Virus record (IMG/VR): IMGVR_UViG_3300028549_001461
Span: 64,001 to 128,000 of that record
Reading direction: 5' to 3' (one strand)
DNA length: 64,000 nt
DNA from: a virus
The translations under genes and the position numbers were made by a program. Below are positions 1 through 8,910 of this stretch, piece after piece. Under the pieces are notes generated by a model that did no database searches, was not told the origin of the DNA, and saw only the letters and a list, made by a program, of their open reading frames with translations. Positions within the stretch are counted from its first letter, which is position 1, and each line of letters starts with the position of its first letter.

Positions 1-669
1 TTAGGAAGAGATTCTTTTGGTAATATACATTCAGCCACACTATTCACATTAAGTAGTAATAATAACGATATGATGTCTTTACGGATAAAGCCAGGAAATT
101 GGTTTGAAATATTTGCCGGTAATATAAGAAAACAAAGCTTATTTAATATTGAAAATTTACCCGCTAAAGCATATGTAAAGCGTGGGAGTTTAATACATAT
201 AGGTATTGTTTGGAGTAATGATGGTGCTGGTAACCCTTATGGTAGGACTATACAATTGTTTATAAACGGTCTTGCTACGATGGTAAGTACAACTCAGTGG
301 CAGGTTTCAGATACTAAATTATCTTTCTTTAAATTAGGTGGAGGTGTAACACAAACCTCACAAATATTTGATACACAAAGCAATTTTGTTTTTGAGAATA
401 TAAAAATATATAATTATTGCAAAGAAAGTTTTTCTATAAATACACAAAATATAGATGAAGAGTACCTACTCACACCGGAGCATTTTATAGAGTTATCTAA
501 AGATGGTCTTTCTTTTGTTGGTGTAGGCTCTACTGAATTACCTTTTATATATGAACAAGTTCCTAGTAAGGACTCTATAACGCTGCATGTTAGAACAAAT
601 AAATATGGTAAATTTAAATCTAGTGCAAGCAACGCACAAGTATTAGTAAATTGGTTAATAACAGTATAG
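1..669 (+). CDS. C-terminal part of a large virion-like protein (LamG-like beta-sandwich), 5' truncated by the window edge
   Basis: Frame is open from base 1 to TAG at 667-669. HIGIVWS..IQLFING..FENIKIYN is a LamG-type pattern. Its C-terminal module resembles that of the next gene. Confidence 0.55.
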   Translation, partial: LGRDSFGNIHSATLFTLSSNNNDMMSLRIKPGNWFEIFAGNIRKQSLFNIENLPAKAYVKRGSLIHIGIVWSNDGAGNPYGRTIQLFINGLATMVSTTQWQVSDTKLSFFKLGGGVTQTSQIFDTQSNFVFENIKIYNYCKESFSINTQNIDEEYLLTPEHFIELSKDGLSFVGVGSTELPFIYEQVPSKDSITLHVRTNKYGKFKSSASNAQVLVNWLITV

Positions 670-678
670 GGGATATTA

Positions 679-3600
679 ATGGCTACATATAATATGATTA
701 AAAATAGTTTCTTAACTTCTACAATTGTATCTGGTACTGGAAATTTATTTTTAACATCTGAAGAACTTAATTCTTTAATAAACAATAATATTACATCTTC
801 TATGATTTCTTTAGAAGATACTGATGTTTTGTTTTTAGACGTAGATTTAGGTTACAGATTAAAGATTGACACCATATTTTTATATACTTCGGATTTAACT
901 AAATTAGCTAATGTTAATTTTTATTTTAAGAATAATTCAGAGGAAGTTTACACTATATGTTCAAAGGATACTTCATCCACAGCTTACTTGGGAATTTTGC
1001 CCAGCCCTAAAGCACCAAGATACATAAGATGTACTGTTAGCGGTGTTGCTATGGATCTATATGAATTTCAAATATTAAACAATGATAATATAGTAGGTTT
1101 TGGGGAAGATGGTAATAGTACAGAAACTTTATTAAACGACGCTCCTCAAGGGTTTTTAGGAGAAATACAAGCTATAGATATATTTAATAATACTTTAGAA
1201 GACGAACCAGCAAATGCTTATGTGTGTGTGGATTACACAGCCACAGATGATGATACATATATAGATATTGCTGCTTCTTCTTCAGGCCCTTTTGTAAATA
1301 TATTAGATGGTACTATTACTAATTTTACTACAAAAGGTGTACATAATAATACAAAATCAGTTATTTTTAATGCGAAAGAATCTATTCAGATAGATTTAAA
1401 AACACCTATAGACAATACACATCCTTATTACATAGGACAACTTCCACTAACTACTTGTGATTATCCTTCTACTCCTCTTGGTTTTAGACACGCTACAACA
1501 TATGACCATATAAATAAACGTATTTATACTGCCTTTTGGCTTGGAGATAGTGATACTGGTGCCGCTATTAATTTATGGTATTACAATATACTTCTTAATA
1601 CATGGGTGTTTAGAGGTAGCTTGGCTAGTGCAAGTTGGCATGCCTCTTTTACAAAAATTTGTTGTGATGCTTCTAAAGTTTACTTTGTTAGCGGCCTCGA
1701 ATACACCTCTTTAGCTGTTTATTATCATGAATTGTCTGGAGAATTGAATAATTTAACAAAACTTGTTGATCTACCAGATCTTTTTAATACTTCTACAGCA
1801 ACAGCTGTGTCTGATTTTAATAATAATTTATATGTACTATTCAATAGTAATCCTTACTATAACCAACGGAAATTTATAAAAATTGATGCTACTACTGGTG
1901 CTATAACAGATTTAAGCACCAGTTATATAGCTCCTCAATATGACGCTACTGCGTCTTTAATAACATATGATTATGTAAGTAATAAAATTTACGTATTAAT
2001 AGCTTATTTTATGGGTGGTGATTCTGTAACTAATAATTACTATATACAAGAATACACTGTAGCCAGTAATACGTGGATAACCCAGTTTTTTAATTATGGT
2101 GACAGAATTTACAGAGATCATGAACTCATTTATTTTTTCTGTCATAATAGAAGCCTATATTTTTATTCACATAAATACAACGGTAAAGTATATAAATATA
2201 ATATGTTAACTGATATTGTTACATATATAAATACCGAGATTGTTTTGTCCTCGTCATCGAGTAATTGTGCTGGTTTTGTAGTTACAGAAGCGCAAGATTC
2301 TTTGTCCGACGTGTCTTTTTATATTTTGGGCGGCACAGTTACAATGCCCTTTTCATTATACGGTTATAATACTACATTCTCACTTTTAGGTTCTAACGCT
2401 TTCTATGTAAACAGGTCTGGTATTTACACATCTGATATTATATCTTTGGCTGATAAAAATTTAGCAAGTTATTTTTGTATTAGAAACACCTCTTTATTAG
2501 GTAAAACTAGTGTTAGTACAGACGTTAACTTACATGATGGTTTGATAGAGATTAGAAGTAGTGACATACCCCCAACGCCCAAAAATATTGTTATGTGGCT
2601 TGTTAGACAGCCAAGTTCACATAGCGCTTTTAAAGTGCTTATATATGACACAAATACAAATCAGACAAGTGTTACTTCCGCGACTTTATCTATGTCTGGT
2701 TGGAGTGATGATACCGGTAAATTATGTGTAAATCAAAGTACAGGAAATTTTGTATTTGTCCAATCCTACTCCACTACAATTAATGTTAGGTTTTTGGATC
2801 GCACGGGCTCTTATTTCAGATCTTTTAATTTCGAGACAACAAGTTCTTCCCCTGATGTTGACTATGATATTGATCCATTGGATGGTGTATGGGTATTTCA
2901 AAAAACTAATTTTTCATTTTATCACTACACTACTTGGGGCTCATCAATAGGTTCTAAAGTTATTGCTGGTTTGTACCATTTTTCTGCATGTAAAATTTCT
3001 GACGGTATTTGGTTTGTTGATAGTGTAGCTAAAGCGCTGGTAAAAGCAGATAGATATCTTAATGCTATATACACTATAAATTTGTTGGGCTTGGGGAGAG
3101 TGTGCACTAATTATGATGATAGTTGTTGGGTTATAGATAACGCTGATGTTGTTTATAAAAATACTGTAAAACATTATAGCGCTGAAGGTGAGTTACAACA
3201 TACTATTTCTACAGATGTTGCTTTTTCTTTAATATCTACAGATTTTGATGGAGGTTTTTATGCTTTAAGTACGAGTAGCACACCTCCTGTTTTAAAACAC
3301 TATGATGGCAATGGTAATCTACTTATGACGGTTTCTGGATTAACTTATGATACCAGTATATGTGGAGGTCGTTATGGTGTTGTACTTCATTCTTCTAGTT
3401 TACTTAGAATTAGATATATTTCAAATGCTACTAAATCTATAATATGGACTAAATGGTATTCAGAATTATACACAGGTAGTGACTCTTACACCTTGAGTTA
3501 TGTTCCAGCTATTCTTTCTTTTGCGTTAGAAGACCAGAATAATTTTTTAGACGCTCCTAAAATTATACCGCAAAGTACCGAAGTTTACTGGGGTAATAGT

Positions 3601-3870
3601 GAGGACTCATTAGATTGGCAAATAGTACCTAAAGATGGCTATTTTTTACCTAAGGTTAGATACCATCAGCTTAGACTTACTTTAAGAAATTTTGATGGTA
3701 TCAGTACACCTATTGTACACAGTATAGTTTTAGCACCAGCTGTATTGATTTCAGATATTCCACCACAACAGAGTAAGCCTTTATTTATTAGATCCAATAT
3801 TCCAGCTGGTCAGCCAATTTCTCAACTAAACACAAGGATTAAAGTTTGGTGGGATGTGAAAGAAAATTAA
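679..3870 (+). CDS. Large virion/tail-associated protein with beta-propeller repeats (1063 aa)
   Basis: S/T/N/Y-rich. Kelch-like blades (YDHINKRIY, YNILLNTW, YTVASNTW) and NHL/YWTD-like blades (DGVWV, DGIWF, DSCWV, DGGFY). Confidence 0.55.
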   Translation: MATYNMIKNSFLTSTIVSGTGNLFLTSEELNSLINNNITSSMISLEDTDVLFLDVDLGYRLKIDTIFLYTSDLTKLANVNFYFKNNSEEVYTICSKDTSSTAYLGILPSPKAPRYIRCTVSGVAMDLYEFQILNNDNIVGFGEDGNSTETLLNDAPQGFLGEIQAIDIFNNTLEDEPANAYVCVDYTATDDDTYIDIAASSSGPFVNILDGTITNFTTKGVHNNTKSVIFNAKESIQIDLKTPIDNTHPYYIGQLPLTTCDYPSTPLGFRHATTYDHINKRIYTAFWLGDSDTGAAINLWYYNILLNTWVFRGSLASASWHASFTKICCDASKVYFVSGLEYTSLAVYYHELSGELNNLTKLVDLPDLFNTSTATAVSDFNNNLYVLFNSNPYYNQRKFIKIDATTGAITDLSTSYIAPQYDATASLITYDYVSNKIYVLIAYFMGGDSVTNNYYIQEYTVASNTWITQFFNYGDRIYRDHELIYFFCHNRSLYFYSHKYNGKVYKYNMLTDIVTYINTEIVLSSSSSNCAGFVVTEAQDSLSDVSFYILGGTVTMPFSLYGYNTTFSLLGSNAFYVNRSGIYTSDIISLADKNLASYFCIRNTSLLGKTSVSTDVNLHDGLIEIRSSDIPPTPKNIVMWLVRQPSSHSAFKVLIYDTNTNQTSVTSATLSMSGWSDDTGKLCVNQSTGNFVFVQSYSTTINVRFLDRTGSYFRSFNFETTSSSPDVDYDIDPLDGVWVFQKTNFSFYHYTTWGSSIGSKVIAGLYHFSACKISDGIWFVDSVAKALVKADRYLNAIYTINLLGLGRVCTNYDDSCWVIDNADVVYKNTVKHYSAEGELQHTISTDVAFSLISTDFDGGFYALSTSSTPPVLKHYDGNGNLLMTVSGLTYDTSICGGRYGVVLHSSSLLRIRYISNATKSIIWTKWYSELYTGSDSYTLSYVPAILSFALEDQNNFLDAPKIIPQSTEVYWGNSEDSLDWQIVPKDGYFLPKVRYHQLRLTLRNFDGISTPIVHSIVLAPAVLISDIPPQQSKPLFIRSNIPAGQPISQLNTRIKVWWDVKEN

Positions 3871-3904
3871 TATGAGTATATTTAAAATTATACGTATATA
3901 AACT

Positions 3905-6781
3905 ATGACATCATATAGACCACCCACTGGTAGTTTATTTTTTAATTTTACAGATTCTGGTTATACACCACCGGACTTTTTAAATATTAATTTTACGTAT
4001 ATATCTGAAAAGACTTCAGATTTACAGGCAGCTATAACAGTATCACAGCTTTATAATGATTCTACTCACACATATGTTAAATCATGTAGAAAAATAGTTG
4101 TTGGTTATTCAAATGCTGGTGTACAGACTATAACACTGCCTTGTTTATTTGGTGGTATAAGAGACTTAGCTTCATACATCCAGGTATCAGGAGACATATA
4201 TTCTGGTTCTTTAGATTTGAATATAGATATTTTCGCAAAAGTGTTTTACACATTTGATTTAGAAGCTAATATTTTTAGTAAGCCTTTTTACACATTTGAT
4301 TTAAGCTCTATAATTAAACCACAAAAAAGAAGTTCTTTTTCTTTGGAATCTATTTTAAATATTATAGAACTGAGAGATCTACCAACCAGCATTAGATCAC
4401 AGAGACAAAGTTTATATGACTTGATAGCGAGTGTTGCACCACAAAAAAGAGATTACTATGATTTAACTTCCAGTTTGAACATAATAGAAATAAAAAATCT
4501 ACCTGTAAGTGTCAGGGCACTAAGAAAATCTCACTATAATTTACTTGCAGGTATTAGATCACAAAAACAAGGCTTACATGATTTACTTTCAAGTATTAAA
4601 CCACAGAAGAGAAGCTACTATGACTTAAATTCTGATTTAAATATTATAGAGTTAAGGAATTTACCAGCAAGTGTCAGGGCACTTAGAAAAAGTGTGTTCA
4701 ACTTACTAGCTGGTATTAGAACTCAGAAACAAGATTTGTATGATTTGAGTGCACTTGTTGACACACAAAAGAGAAGTTTCCATGATTTAACTTCCGCTTT
4801 AAATATTATAGAGTTAAGGAATTTACCTGCGAGTATAAGAGCTCGTATTAAAGCTTTGTTTGATTTACAAGCAAATGTAGCACCAGCGTATCCTTATGAT
4901 TTAAATGCTATTTTAAATGTAATAGAACTACGTGATTTACCAACAAGTATTAGAGTGCAAAAAAGAGGTTTATTTAATTTACTTGCTGGTATTAGGCCAC
5001 AAAAACAAGCCTTATATGATTTAATTGCAGGTATTAGAGTACAGAAAAAAGGCGCCTACGACTTATTAACATATACTAGTATAACACAACCTGTAGATTT
5101 ACTATCTTTTTTAAATATTATAGAATTAAGAGATTTGCAAAGTAGTATTATTGGTATTTTATTTAAAGGCACTTCTGATTTAACTGCAGGTTTTGGTAGA
5201 ATAACGTTTAAAAATAGGTCTAATTTATTAGCCAATGTGAGAGGTTGGTCTATAAATGACTTGCCTTCTTTTATAGGTTCAGTACATGCAGATGATTTAG
5301 AAACTCATATTTTTGGTTTTTATAGAGTTTTTAAAAATTTACCTAGTTATGTTGTAAGCATACCTCCTGCAAATTTAAGAGTTGATTTGCATAGTTACGA
5401 CTTAGCTAATTTGAATGCTTTTACTATTGTAGGTTATCAACCAAATGATTTACCTGCAAATATTACAACAGTAAAACCTAAAGAATTAATAGCCTACATT
5501 TACGGCTTAGCCGCTTCAAGTGTTTCTGTAGATCTACAGGCAACTATACATGGATTTTTTATTAGGGATTTAACAACATATATAGGCGCTATTTCTGCAG
5601 CTAATCTATATGCTGATATAAATGCTGTTGGTAAATACCTAGACTTAATAGCTTACATAGTTCCTAAAACTATTAACATAAAAAAAATACTAAGTATTTC
5701 TTTGTATGAACATTATGATTTGAAAGCCAGTATAAATTATAATTGTTTAAAATCTAGTTTTTCTGATTTCTCTGTTTCTTTATATCCTATTAATAGGTTA
5801 GATTTAAAAGCTTATATTATAGGTTGGTTTGGTGATAAGGCCGATAATTTGTTGGATTTGAGAGCTTATATAAATTTTTCAGATTACCAGGAAACTAACT
5901 ATATAAACATACATGCAGATATATATGAAAAAAATGCTTTATTCATAAACCACTCTATTAAGATAAAAGATCAAACTAAATTTTATAAAGTTACTGACAC
6001 ACATTCTATAAACTTATTAAACTCTTCTCATATTTTATCTGCTTATATTAAGGGTATACTAGAAAGTAAAGATTTGTTAGGGTATATTACAGCCCTTCCT
6101 ATAGCTAATTTCACCACACTCCCTAGTTGGGTAAATCCTCAAACCTATGAAGTATTAATTAATCTAAATAGATTTGAAGAACGTTGGTACAGATTTGTTG
6201 AAATGATGTTTTTTACAAATTCTGAAAATGAATATCATTTCTTCTATGTACCAGAAGAAGATAAGGTTTATAAACTTGATAGAAATAGAACTTGGAAAAT
6301 ACAGCTTTTAGGTTTTTCTGAAGATACTGAGAATATTTACTTTAGAAATAAGACTATTAAAAAATTTCTTTTTAAATTAGACAACTATGCTACTTTTGAT
6401 GAAGCTTTAAGTGATTTAATTGACAGAGTATCCGTGAATAAGTACACTGATTTAACAGCTTATTTACAAACGTATACATACCCATCCTCAGATTTAAGTA
6501 CCACCATAAATGTTAAAAAAATACGTTCTTGGTCATTGTCGTGCAAGGCAGTTGTTAAATGTAATCAACGTTCACATACTGTTTTGTTTTCACAAATTAC
6601 ACCTGAACTAAACCACGGGTTAAATAATCTAACTGCTTCTATAGTAGGTAAAGCTTACGAACCACCAGCAGACCCAACAAATATAAAATTTATTTTTGAT
6701 GATGATACTTTTGTTGCTCCTGGATCGTATAATAATATGAATTGGACTTATAAACAAGCAGAAGATTTTTGGAAGGAATAG
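3905..6781 (+). CDS. Repetitive fibre/linker-like structural protein (958 aa)
   Basis: Dozens of DL.A.I units, six LNIIELRDLP.SIR repeats, and related YxPP motifs at both termini. Confidence 0.5.
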   Translation: MTSYRPPTGSLFFNFTDSGYTPPDFLNINFTYISEKTSDLQAAITVSQLYNDSTHTYVKSCRKIVVGYSNAGVQTITLPCLFGGIRDLASYIQVSGDIYSGSLDLNIDIFAKVFYTFDLEANIFSKPFYTFDLSSIIKPQKRSSFSLESILNIIELRDLPTSIRSQRQSLYDLIASVAPQKRDYYDLTSSLNIIEIKNLPVSVRALRKSHYNLLAGIRSQKQGLHDLLSSIKPQKRSYYDLNSDLNIIELRNLPASVRALRKSVFNLLAGIRTQKQDLYDLSALVDTQKRSFHDLTSALNIIELRNLPASIRARIKALFDLQANVAPAYPYDLNAILNVIELRDLPTSIRVQKRGLFNLLAGIRPQKQALYDLIAGIRVQKKGAYDLLTYTSITQPVDLLSFLNIIELRDLQSSIIGILFKGTSDLTAGFGRITFKNRSNLLANVRGWSINDLPSFIGSVHADDLETHIFGFYRVFKNLPSYVVSIPPANLRVDLHSYDLANLNAFTIVGYQPNDLPANITTVKPKELIAYIYGLAASSVSVDLQATIHGFFIRDLTTYIGAISAANLYADINAVGKYLDLIAYIVPKTINIKKILSISLYEHYDLKASINYNCLKSSFSDFSVSLYPINRLDLKAYIIGWFGDKADNLLDLRAYINFSDYQETNYINIHADIYEKNALFINHSIKIKDQTKFYKVTDTHSINLLNSSHILSAYIKGILESKDLLGYITALPIANFTTLPSWVNPQTYEVLINLNRFEERWYRFVEMMFFTNSENEYHFFYVPEEDKVYKLDRNRTWKIQLLGFSEDTENIYFRNKTIKKFLFKLDNYATFDEALSDLIDRVSVNKYTDLTAYLQTYTYPSSDLSTTINVKKIRSWSLSCKAVVKCNQRSHTVLFSQITPELNHGLNNLTASIVGKAYEPPADPTNIKFIFDDDTFVAPGSYNNMNWTYKQAEDFWKE
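4350..5150 (+). repeat. Intragenic degenerate tandem repeats (LNIIELR[DN]LP.S[IV]R x6 interleaved with Q[KR]...YDL.A.I units)
   Basis: Visible in the protein and in the DNA (ttaaatattatagagttaaggaatttacc occurs near 4637 and 4799). Confidence 0.85.
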
Positions 6782-6788
6782 GGGACAT

Positions 6789-8447
6789 ATGAGTTTACTT
6801 TTTTTTGATAGTTTTAAAAATTATACTTTCTTACCCTTGAAATGGGATGACACAACTACTTTTTGTCAATTCTCCATAAAAAACTCTATGGGTAGAAAAG
6901 GTGGCCAAGCTTTAGCCTTAACTCGCGGCTATACTGAAATATTACGAGATTACTTAGGTAAGATTTTAGACACTAATCATCAAGAACTTATTGTTGGTTT
7001 TGCTTTTAAAAGATTCGATAATGTTGGTGATTTTTTGGAAGTGTCTTTTTGTGAAGATGGTACGTATCAAGAAGTAGTGTATATACACAGCAATGGTGTG
7101 AGTTGCTCAACTAATTTTTATTCTAAAGCTTCAGGTGTTTTTTACGGTTTTAAAGCTAATGTTTGGTATTATATAGAAATTAAAATTAAATGTCATCCTA
7201 CAGCTGGAGAAGTTGTTGTTAAAGTAAATGAGCATACAGTATTACATTATATGGATTTAAACACAGCTTCTTCTACTAATGCATATTGCAATGAAGTAAG
7301 GCTTAGTGTTAATATACAGACTATAACTAATTTAGATTTTGCATGCATTGAAGACATATACATAGCTAACACAGCTGGTTCAGTGAACAATGATTTTCTG
7401 GGTAACTGCGAAATTAAAGTTTCTTATCCTATTGGCCAAGGAAGTTTTTATGACTTTCTTCCCTCACCTTCTTTTTCAGGTTCGGCGAATTATGCCATAG
7501 TTAATAATGCCGTTCATACAAGCGACCTTACTAAATACTCCAGTATTTTTTATGAGTACGATAGTTTAGATGATGGTAGTTATATGTGGCAACAACCAGA
7601 CCATACATTCAATAACACTTCTACCATGGTTCCTAGTACTACTTGTTATATAAATAGTGGTTATATAAGTACTTCTTATCAATGGTTTAGGTTTTCTAAT
7701 ATTAATATACCGAAAAATGCTAAGATAAGTCAAGCTTACTTAATTTTGAATTTAGTAAATGACCCTTTTGGTAGCGGTTCAGCTTTAACACAGAATATTT
7801 ATTTACATAAAAGTGGTTTACCTGCTTCTCAGATTTTATCTCATACTGACCTTTTTAATAGACCATACACATACATAAAATATACTGCAAATACAACGTT
7901 TTCTATATCAAATAAAGACATAAGTAGTTCTTTACAAGAGCTGGTAGACTTACCAGATTGGCAACAAAACGATAATAGTATATTAGTTGTAGCAGATATT
8001 AGATACTATACTAATAACTTGGGTAATTATACTAAACAATTTACTTCTTATGACGCTAATAATAACCCATATCATAGTAATTCTCCTAAGTTTTTTGTAG
8101 AGTGGTACATTCCTGGTGAAGACAGTGGTAAATATTTGTATACAGGTGATTTTAACATCACAGATACGTACACAATGTCAACATGTTCTGGTGTGACTGA
8201 TATTAAGGCTATTGGTCTTAATACACTAACCAGAAGAGATTTTGATTTAGATACATTTAATGATAAGTATTTAAGGTCTACCGTAATTTCAGGTTCAAAT
8301 ACTTATCTTGGTTCAAACAAGTTACCTTCTAATATCTCATATAAATTTTCTCAAAATGTTTTAGAAGAAGACCCTGTAGTTTATGCACCCTGGCAGGATA
8401 ATTTTTTAGAAGATAAAGAATTTGGTTTTACAACTGTATCAGGTTAA
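6789..8447 (+). CDS. Putative virion structural protein (beta-sandwich domains)
   Basis: LamG-like N-terminal half (WYYIEIKI..GEVVVKVN..IEDIYI). F.NINIPKNAKISQAYL module is typical of surface/virion proteins. Confidence 0.5.
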   Translation: MSLLFFDSFKNYTFLPLKWDDTTTFCQFSIKNSMGRKGGQALALTRGYTEILRDYLGKILDTNHQELIVGFAFKRFDNVGDFLEVSFCEDGTYQEVVYIHSNGVSCSTNFYSKASGVFYGFKANVWYYIEIKIKCHPTAGEVVVKVNEHTVLHYMDLNTASSTNAYCNEVRLSVNIQTITNLDFACIEDIYIANTAGSVNNDFLGNCEIKVSYPIGQGSFYDFLPSPSFSGSANYAIVNNAVHTSDLTKYSSIFYEYDSLDDGSYMWQQPDHTFNNTSTMVPSTTCYINSGYISTSYQWFRFSNINIPKNAKISQAYLILNLVNDPFGSGSALTQNIYLHKSGLPASQILSHTDLFNRPYTYIKYTANTTFSISNKDISSSLQELVDLPDWQQNDNSILVVADIRYYTNNLGNYTKQFTSYDANNNPYHSNSPKFFVEWYIPGEDSGKYLYTGDFNITDTYTMSTCSGVTDIKAIGLNTLTRRDFDLDTFNDKYLRSTVISGSNTYLGSNKLPSNISYKFSQNVLEEDPVVYAPWQDNFLEDKEFGFTTVSG

Positions 8448-8450
8448 TAA

Positions 8451-8888
8451 ATGGAAAATATAAAAATTTCTAAATCTGATTTAGAGATACTACATGATAA
8501 TAAAGATTTAGTTGATAGTTCTACATATATTTCTGATTTTAACTTAGAGATTTTAAATGACTCAACTGAATTATATGCAACTTCAGTTTACACTTCTAAT
8601 TTTAGTATAGAAATTTTACATAAAGGGGAATACATAGAATATGAGGAGACTGATAATACATTAGGCTTCTTTGCTGGCATTGTTTTCGACAAAGAATTAC
8701 CTGTTAGAAGAAAACTTTTTGCTTTTGATAGTATTACTAAGTTACTTGTAGGTTCTTGTATTTCTAATAACGATGGTAATTTTTTATTACACACTACAAT
8801 TAGTGGTTCTTGTTATATAGTGTGCGCTTCAGAAGATTTGGTGTACAACCATTTGGTGGCTGCTTCAGTTATTCCAGCTCTGATTTAA
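8451..8888 (+). CDS. Small virion accessory protein with shared C-terminal beta-sandwich module
   Basis: Three [SD]FxLEIL repeats, then F.G......PV.RK..AFD..T..L.G...S...G.F module shared with three other genes. Confidence 0.45.
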   Translation: MENIKISKSDLEILHDNKDLVDSSTYISDFNLEILNDSTELYATSVYTSNFSIEILHKGEYIEYEETDNTLGFFAGIVFDKELPVRRKLFAFDSITKLLVGSCISNNDGNFLLHTTISGSCYIVCASEDLVYNHLVAASVIPALI

Positions 8889-8910
8889 TTTATAATAAGG
8901 GAAATAAAGT

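Noticed and set aside
4350-5150. CRISPR array
   Set aside because: The repeats are degenerate, in-frame protein repeats without unique spacers. The Cas4-like nuclease at 20018 is a stand-alone replication-cluster enzyme.
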